64,000 nt of DNA, taken from the NCBI GenBank assembly GCA_943704425.1, contig CALSCP010001329.1, positions 27,755 through 91,754 on the forward strand, read 5' to 3'. Of the stretch, positions 60,523-64,000 are shown in pieces; position 1 is the stretch's first letter; each line of letters begins with the position of its first letter. The notes beneath the pieces were generated by a model. The model did not search any database. It was not told the DNA's origin and was given only the letters and a program-made list of their open reading frames with translations. The position numbers and the translations under genes were made by a program. This stretch comes from Ministeria vibrans ATCC 50519. Lineage: Eukaryota > Protista > Filasterea.

Positions 60523-62410
60523 ATGTCATCGGCTGGTACTGGCAGTGGCGGTGATGGACACGGTGATGGAGATGGAAAGAGCAGTGCAGAATTTGTTCCC
60601 AAAGTGGTAGCGCGACGGACTCGACGAAAGCCTGATGAAACTGCTGCTGCTGCTGCTGCTGCCGAAGCGTCGTCATCAGCGACGTCGGATTCTCGAGGGG
60701 GGCGAGGGGGGCGAGGCGGTAGAGGACGAGGCGGCCGTGGCGGCCGTGGAGGCGCTGGGGGTAGCGGTGGGCGCGTGGAGGGCGGCGAGCGATCAATGGG
60801 ACTCTTTTCGGGGGTCTCCACGCCCGTTCCCAACAAGAGAGGGAGTGCCGCCCAGATTAATCCTAATGCTGTTGAGATTCTGGAGTCGAATCGAGCGCCA
60901 GTCGGCGGATTTCTTCGCGACGACGGCGAGTTGCTCGGCTCCTCGTTGATGGGTTCGTCGTCACGCAGATTCAAGAAGGAGGAGGGTGCTGCGGATGCGG
61001 CGGCGCAAGAAATTGACCGAAAGGCCCTGGAGATGAGTATGGTGACGTCGATGAGCGACTCGGAGGAGGATGTCGAGTCGGACTTCGACGGTGACAACGG
61101 CAACCAGAGCGAATTGCCACAACGCCTCACTGCCTCCGTCAGCCGTCCGCACAGTCGTGCCACAAGCCGCGCGACGTCGCCGACCAGCATGCGATCGCCG
61201 AGCAAAAAGATTTTGGGCGTCGCGAGTCCTTCAAGCAAACAACGGCGGCGTGTCGTCGACGACGACGATGACAACGACGAAGTACAGGAGCACGACGAGA
61301 CTGCGGCAGGGTCGACGTCTGGGCCCACACCAATGGACATTGACGAGGAAGGTCGCGCAACAGAAGAGGTTTGCGATGCAGCAACCGCAGCAGCAGCAGC
61401 AGCAGCAGCGGCGGCGGCGGCGGCGGTGGCGGCAGTACCTCTTGGGTACGTGCCTCATTCGCAAGTGCTCGAAGAACGCAATCGTGTCAAGCAACGAATG
61501 GATCCCCTCAATGACTTCAATGTGCAGCAGCACCCCTACATTGAGGACCGACCCGACAACTGGCCCGACTCTCGCGACGCCGACGGTCTTCTACTGGCGA
61601 CCCTGGGCGAGTCAGTTAATCTCTTTCTGCAATTTCCCGAACAAACGCCGCTCGAACGAGCGCCCGCCACCGCAACCACAGGAACGACAGCAACAGAAGC
61701 GGCCGCAGCAGCAGCAGCAAGTGGAGCGCAGGTCGCTGCAGACGTTGAGGCAGCGGCGCTCTCCATGGCAACGGCCGTCAAGATTGAAGAGGGGGCTGGT
61801 GGACCGGTTAGAGAAAGCGAGAAATCAGATAATTTTTTATATTTTTTTGTCGCGTAGAATCATCGGGTGGCTGAGCCGAAACTGAACACTGGCGATGTGT
61901 TGGGAAAATTAAAGGAGGTAGGAGAAGCAAAGTATACTAGAATGGATAGTGTAATGTGTGTGCATGTTTTTATTATGTAGGGTCAGATTGGCAGTCTGAA
62001 AGTGTACCGGTCGGGTCGAATGGTCATGGTGATTGACGGAACGGAAATGGAGGTAGAGTACAATTTTATTGAATATAGGAGAGGGAGAGAGAAATAATAA
62101 GAGGGAGGGAGAGAGAAATAATAGAGGGAGGGAGAGAGGAGGGAGAAAGAAACAAAGTGATAAAGAGAGAGAGAGAGAGAGGGAGAGAGATAAAGGAGAA
62201 AGAGAAGCGGGAGAAAGAAACAAAGTGATAGAGAGACCGTCGACGCTGACTAAATACACATTTTAAACTGTGCAGGTGCAAAATGGAGCGTCAAGTGGGT
62301 TTGTGCAGCGGACTGTTTCGCTGCGGGTGCCAGACAAGACACTCACGATGATGTCGGACGTGCGCTTCAACTACCTTGTCACGCCTGCTGTCAATGCTCT
62401 TACCAAATAA
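60523..62410 (+). CDS. POLR3D: RNA polymerase III subunit RPC4 (Rpc53)
   Basis: N-terminal F.PKV..RR, RGG tract, LFLQFPE, and C-terminal RPC4 domain GQIGSLKVYRSGRMVMVIDG.EMEVQNG...F.Q...LVTP. Confidence 0.85.
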
Positions 62411-62480
62411 TGGTCGCTTGTTTGTGTTTGTGTATACATTCTATCTAGGTTTCTTTTCTTTTTAAATTTCGTCATCACAT

Positions 62481-63651
62481 TTACAATACGACTGAGGAGC
62501 GCAAGGGACGCCCCTCAATCCCCGCTATGACATTGTCCACGGCAATTTCTACAATAAGGGAGTGTGTGTGAGTTTCGTCACTTGTCGATTGGCCCGATTT
62601 CCTTCCTACCTGCCATGGCGAGTCTCGTCTCTTCGGTTGCACTTCCAATCTAAGGTGGCGGGAGAGGGAGGGGACAAGTGAATGAGATAGTGTGTCTGAG
62701 TTGATGGTGTATCAAGGGGATGGCGTACGTGTGGAAGGACAACGCAATTAGGCAGCCGCAGCAACGGATGGTCAGTCGGCAGAGGCTCGGGTGTACACAC
62801 GTCGAGGCCCGCTGCACGAATTTCGCCCGAGGTCAGGGCGTGCACGAGCGCATCTTGGTCAACAATTGCACCACGACTAATGTTCACCAGAATCGCGGAC
62901 GGGCGCATCTGTTGGAGGAAGGCGGCGTTGACGAGCCCCTCAGTGTCGGGAGTGAGTGCACACGCGCACACAACAAAATCTGAACGAGCAAGCAAGTCTG
63001 ACATGCTCGTGCAAGTTGCACCAACACTCGAAGCCGCGTCGTTGGGACCATCACGTCGCGAGGTGTACAACAGATCGCCGATGTTGAAGGCACGCAATCG
63101 TTGAGCGACAGCCAGACCTATGCGCCCCAGGCCCACAATACCCACTGTTTTGCCTGACAATCCAACGCCAAGAAGCCATTGGGGAGCCCATGCACCCCAG
63201 TTACCATCCTTGACAGCGGCCACTGAAAGAGAAATATTTATATTGGCAAGTATAAGTTTTGTTTGTTTATCGCTCTCTCACCGCTCTCTGGGACGCGCCG
63301 CGCCGTCGCCAGCAACAAGGTAAGTGCCAAATCCGCAGTGGCATCAGTGAGAACACCGGGCGTGTTTCCTATAGCAATGTTGCGCGAGGCACAGGCGCTC
63401 TTGTCGATGTGGTCGTGCCCAACAGACATGGTCGAGACAACCTCCAGCGAAGAAGCCGCATCGAGGAGCTCCTGATCGATTTTGTCGGTGAGCATACATA
63501 GCAGACCGTGGCACCCGGTCAGCATGGAGAGAAGTGCCGCGCGATCACAGGGTCGGTCTTCAGGCCAAACTTTCAAGGTCACACTTTTTCGAAGCCTTTC
63601 TTCCGCCTGCGGCGCGATCCTCCGTGTCAGCAGCACAATTTTCGATGACAT
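62481..63651 (-). CDS. GRHPR: Glyoxylate/hydroxypyruvate reductase (D-2-hydroxyacid dehydrogenase)
   Basis: STMSVGHDH, NTPGVLTDATAD, GIVGLGRIG, VNISRG, AGLDVCTPEP, VLPHIGSAT; three introns. Confidence 0.92.
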
Positions 63652-63834
63652 TGTTTAATAGAATTCTTCTTCGCTTTCGGTCCTGGGCGATCGAGGCCGT
63701 CACGAAATGAGAATGAAAATAGAATGATTTTGATATTTTCTTCAAGATGATCATTGATCAGAATCGTGTCTCCCAGAGTCGAATCGGTCGAGAAAAGGAA
63801 GGTCATGACTCATTAGACGTAATGACGAATAATG

Positions 63835-63911
63835 AATAATAATAATAATAATAATAATAAGATAGAATACAACCCATTTATTAATGATAATTACTCCTCG
63901 TAATCATAATC

Positions 63912-64000
<89 letters not shown>
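63835..64000 (+). repeat. (AAT)n microsatellite upstream of GRHPR
   Basis: Seen directly. Confidence 0.9.

Noticed and set aside
63835-64000. (AAT)n at the window end as a telomere
   Set aside because: The same repeat occurs internally at 38391-38557; it is an ordinary microsatellite.

Overview
Gene-dense, intron-rich eukaryotic nuclear DNA, probably from a unicellular protist; the taxon cannot be fixed from the sequence. It uses the standard code, GT-AG introns and very short intergenic spacers, with (AG)n/(TG)n/(AAT)n microsatellites. Housekeeping genes in order: kish/TMEM167 (3' end), ZW10, condensin II CAP-D3, BARD1-like, DMT/EamA transporter, PSD2-type phosphatidylserine decarboxylase, GCNA, Epac-type RapGEF, DLST, eIF2B-gamma, UCP4-like carrier, PP2C, family-16 methyltransferase, USP10-like, a giant UBR4/BIG, RPC4/POLR3D and GRHPR. 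The main anomaly is at 56.7-60.2 kb. UBR4 exon 1 appears to sit at 60403-60327, and its first intron holds a ~3.45 kb chimeric block bounded by poly-T tracts and a duplicated T8CG. The block contains a 5'-less WSC-domain exon, the first 1.5 exons of an inorganic pyrophosphatase gene, and, fused to that convergently, an intronless truncated STAND/NLR-like gene with an N-terminal HEPN-like RNase motif (RNKWIH), NB-ARC, APAF1-like helical region and WD40. This is either a real gene-fragment-carrying insertion or an assembly chimera; only reads can decide. Other points: a dispersed TATCACTTTGTTTC motif in CT-rich intron tracts, a recurring TGAGTCA-like promoter motif, and unusual domain insertions in PSD2, BARD1 and UBR4.
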